Assembly: GCA_037318855.1 (NCBI GenBank)
Contig: CP134874.1
Coordinates: forward strand, 184,598 to 248,597
Direction: 5' to 3'
Source: Candidatus Sedimenticola sp. (ex Thyasira tokunagai)
GTDB lineage: Bacteria > Pseudomonadota > Gammaproteobacteria > Chromatiales > Chromatiaceae
Length of the DNA stretch: 64,000 nt
Shown here: in pieces, positions 62,313-64,000 of the stretch
Layout of the letters: every line of letters starts with the position of its first letter
Numbering within the stretch: position 1 is the stretch's first letter
Translations under genes and position numbers: made by a program
The notes under the pieces: generated by a model
Told to the model about the DNA's origin: nothing
The model's input: only the letters and a program-made list of their open reading frames with translations
Databases searched by the model: none

Positions 62313-62528
62313 GTTCGCTGGTTTATGCGTAAGCACAAAGCGATTAGGCGCAGTAAAATGCGTGCGATGGCGCTTTTTGCCCGATGCATGAAGGAAAGCC
62401 CCGGTTTGTTTGTTCACTGGCGTGAGGGGATGAAAGGTGCGTATGCTTGATGGGAGCGGTATGAGCGGAGACGTTCACGTACCGTTCTGCGAGAGGCTGA
62501 GGGTGAGAGTCCCTTGGTCTACTCTCCT
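62313..62528 (+). mobile_element. 3' fragment of a second group II intron B (class D-like maturase tail + DV/DVI)
   Basis: VRWFMRKHK...PGLFVHW..stop at 62450; DV GAGCGGTATGAGCGGAGACGTTCACGTACCGTTC at 62454; DVI ending CTACTCTCCT. Confidence 0.82.
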
Positions 62529-62549
62529 CCCAAAATCTTTCACTAGGTT

Positions 62550-62960
62550 GAAACTCACTTGGTCACCCACGAGCTCCTCGGGAGGCCCTTGCGGCTACGA
62601 TAGGACGCCACGGTACTTGGCCAGCAACCGATCAATATCAGCATTCCACAGCGCCCACGACTCCTTCGGGAGGCCCTTGCGGGTACGATAGGTCGACACA
62701 GTAGATGAGCGCTCGATACCCAGCATCCGAGCAATCTCAGGATTCGTCATCGACTGCCATTGCTCGTCGGTTACAGAATCCCAGTCATACTTGGTCGCCT
62801 TCGGGGCGCTCGGGAGGCCCTTGCGGGTACGATAGGTCGACACAGCAGATGAGCCCTCGATACCCAGCATCCGAGCAATCTCAGGATTCGTCATCGACTG
62901 CCATTGCTCGTCGGTTACAGAACTCCAGTCATGCTTCGCCCTTACGGGGGGTTTATTCAT
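62550..62960 (-). CDS. Tandem HTH-like repeat protein (two 48-aa repeats plus a frameshifted third)
   Basis: 144-bp DNA repeat; NPEIARMLGI..STVSTYRTRKGLP twice; third VASYRSRKGLP out of frame. Confidence 0.65.
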
Positions 62961-63104
62961 ATTTGGGCACTTTCCTCAAAACCGGTAACCCTATCTTTTT
63001 CACGAGGATGTGCCAGATAAGGTCTGAACTAATACAATACAGTCAGGCGAATTGCTTGCCAAAGGGTTCTCTCTATTCGAGTTATCCACCCCTATCCAAG
63101 CGAG

Positions 63105-63243
63105 CGCTGCCAGCCATGGAGAGCGAAGCGAAGGAGTAGCTCCTCTGTAATAATCCAACCCGTTACAGCAACTTCCACCACCCAAAAGTGATTTATTCTG
63201 AATCGGTTTCAGTCGCTGCCAGCCATGGAGAGCGAAGCGAAGG
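63105..63243 (+). repeat. Two perfect 30-bp direct repeats
   Basis: CGCTGCCAGCCATGGAGAGCGAAGCGAAGG at 63105 and 63214. Confidence 0.9.
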
Positions 63244-63496
63244 CTGGTAATCCCCGGTAGCCGTGAGGCCGCACTGCTTACCCGTCGTGCGCGTAGCGCG
63301 CCAGAGGGGAAGCAAAGTAGGCATCCGAACACGGCGTCCAGTCACTGGGAACTGACTGCGAAGCGGTAACGAGCTTGCGATGTTATCGCGTAGCGGTCAG
63401 TGACCAGGACGGCCGGGGCACTAATAGGCTGTCAAAGATTGAGTGCAAAAGGGGGACTTGGATGTCCTGTTTTGCATCACGAAATCGAAGACTCGC

Positions 63497-63907
63497 TTAT
63501 TCGTTTTCGTTTTTTGCTGCTTCCTCTGCTGCCTTCTTGTTGTTTTTCACGGCTTTTCTAAGCGCCCCTTGCAGAGACCTGATGCTGGCTCTTACTTTCT
63601 CGACCTGCTCGTCTGAGACCACCTGTCCTACCTCCAGGGCCTCGGTGATCCGATCCACAGTATAGTGGGCATGATTAACAGCCATCGCGCGACTATGGGC
63701 CTTCTCTTTGTCTTTCTGGTCTGTCAGCCAGCCCTCGACCTGGGCGGCCTCTTCATCGGTCAGGTGCTCGCGCACATGGGCTGGGATTGAAGTATTCCCG
63801 GTCGGGAACCCAGCGATCATTTTTTGAGTGCTGCGCTTCTTCTCCGGGAGATAGATAGAGCGGAGAAGCTGAACCCTTGAGCCTTTAACCTTGATTTGTA
63901 TAGTCAT
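63497..63907 (-). CDS. Hypothetical protein of mobile-element type
   Basis: 136-aa ORF with AAAGG RBS (RVQLLRSIYLPEKKRS); function not recognised. Confidence 0.7.
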   Translation of the reverse strand: MTIQIKVKGSRVQLLRSIYLPEKKRSTQKMIAGFPTGNTSIPAHVREHLTDEEAAQVEGWLTDQKDKEKAHSRAMAVNHAHYTVDRITEALEVGQVVSDEQVEKVRASIRSLQGALRKAVKNNKKAAEEAAKNENE

Positions 63908-64000
63908 ACCCTTTTATGAAAATTCGTCATACTCATATAATAAATGACCAGACGTATCCTATCAAGAGTTGTCGTCATTGCATTATCTGGTTGCTGGTCA

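Noticed and set aside
62543-62551. Fourth MITE copy (CTAGGTTGA)
   Set aside because: Only a 9-bp half-end with no partner or internal similarity.
62579-62930. 144-bp repeats as CRISPR or iterons
   Set aside because: They encode a repeated protein unit on the minus strand.

Overview
Gammaproteobacterial chromosomal window. A sulfur-oxidiser/Chromatiales-like host is inferred from gene content only. A conserved core (~12.2-56 kb) is flanked by two accessory regions. The core holds plsC-gmhB-glySQ, glnA-ntrBC with a complete sigma54/NtrC promoter, c-di-GMP/HDOD signalling genes, pyrD, gpsA-secB, gpmI-envC-ctpA, ubiB-J-E, hslUV and two ion transporters. The left accessory region (1-12.2 kb) has a hybrid histidine kinase, a degenerate IS21 that truncates hsdR of a type I R-M locus, and a HigB/HigA-IrrE toxin-antitoxin pair. 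The right accessory region (56-64 kb) is a chromosomal integron with an unusually long IntI, attI and four cassettes: an antisense ORF, a two-gene cassette, a NYN nuclease and an antisense AlpA. Three of the four attC sites are damaged or occupied, by a short deletion, an IS256 and a group II intron. The intron is the most striking observation. It looks class E/IIB-like rather than IIC, sits on the top strand inside the attC R' core (CGTTA|), and carries a candidate EBS1 (TAACG) complementary to that core. Its 3' end is joined to a fragment of a second intron. Other notable items are a Na+/H+ antiporter fused to a catalytically dead GGDEF domain that keeps the RxxD c-di-GMP I-site, a 245-bp MITE-like family, and several REP families. 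No rRNA, tRNA or CRISPR array was recognised.
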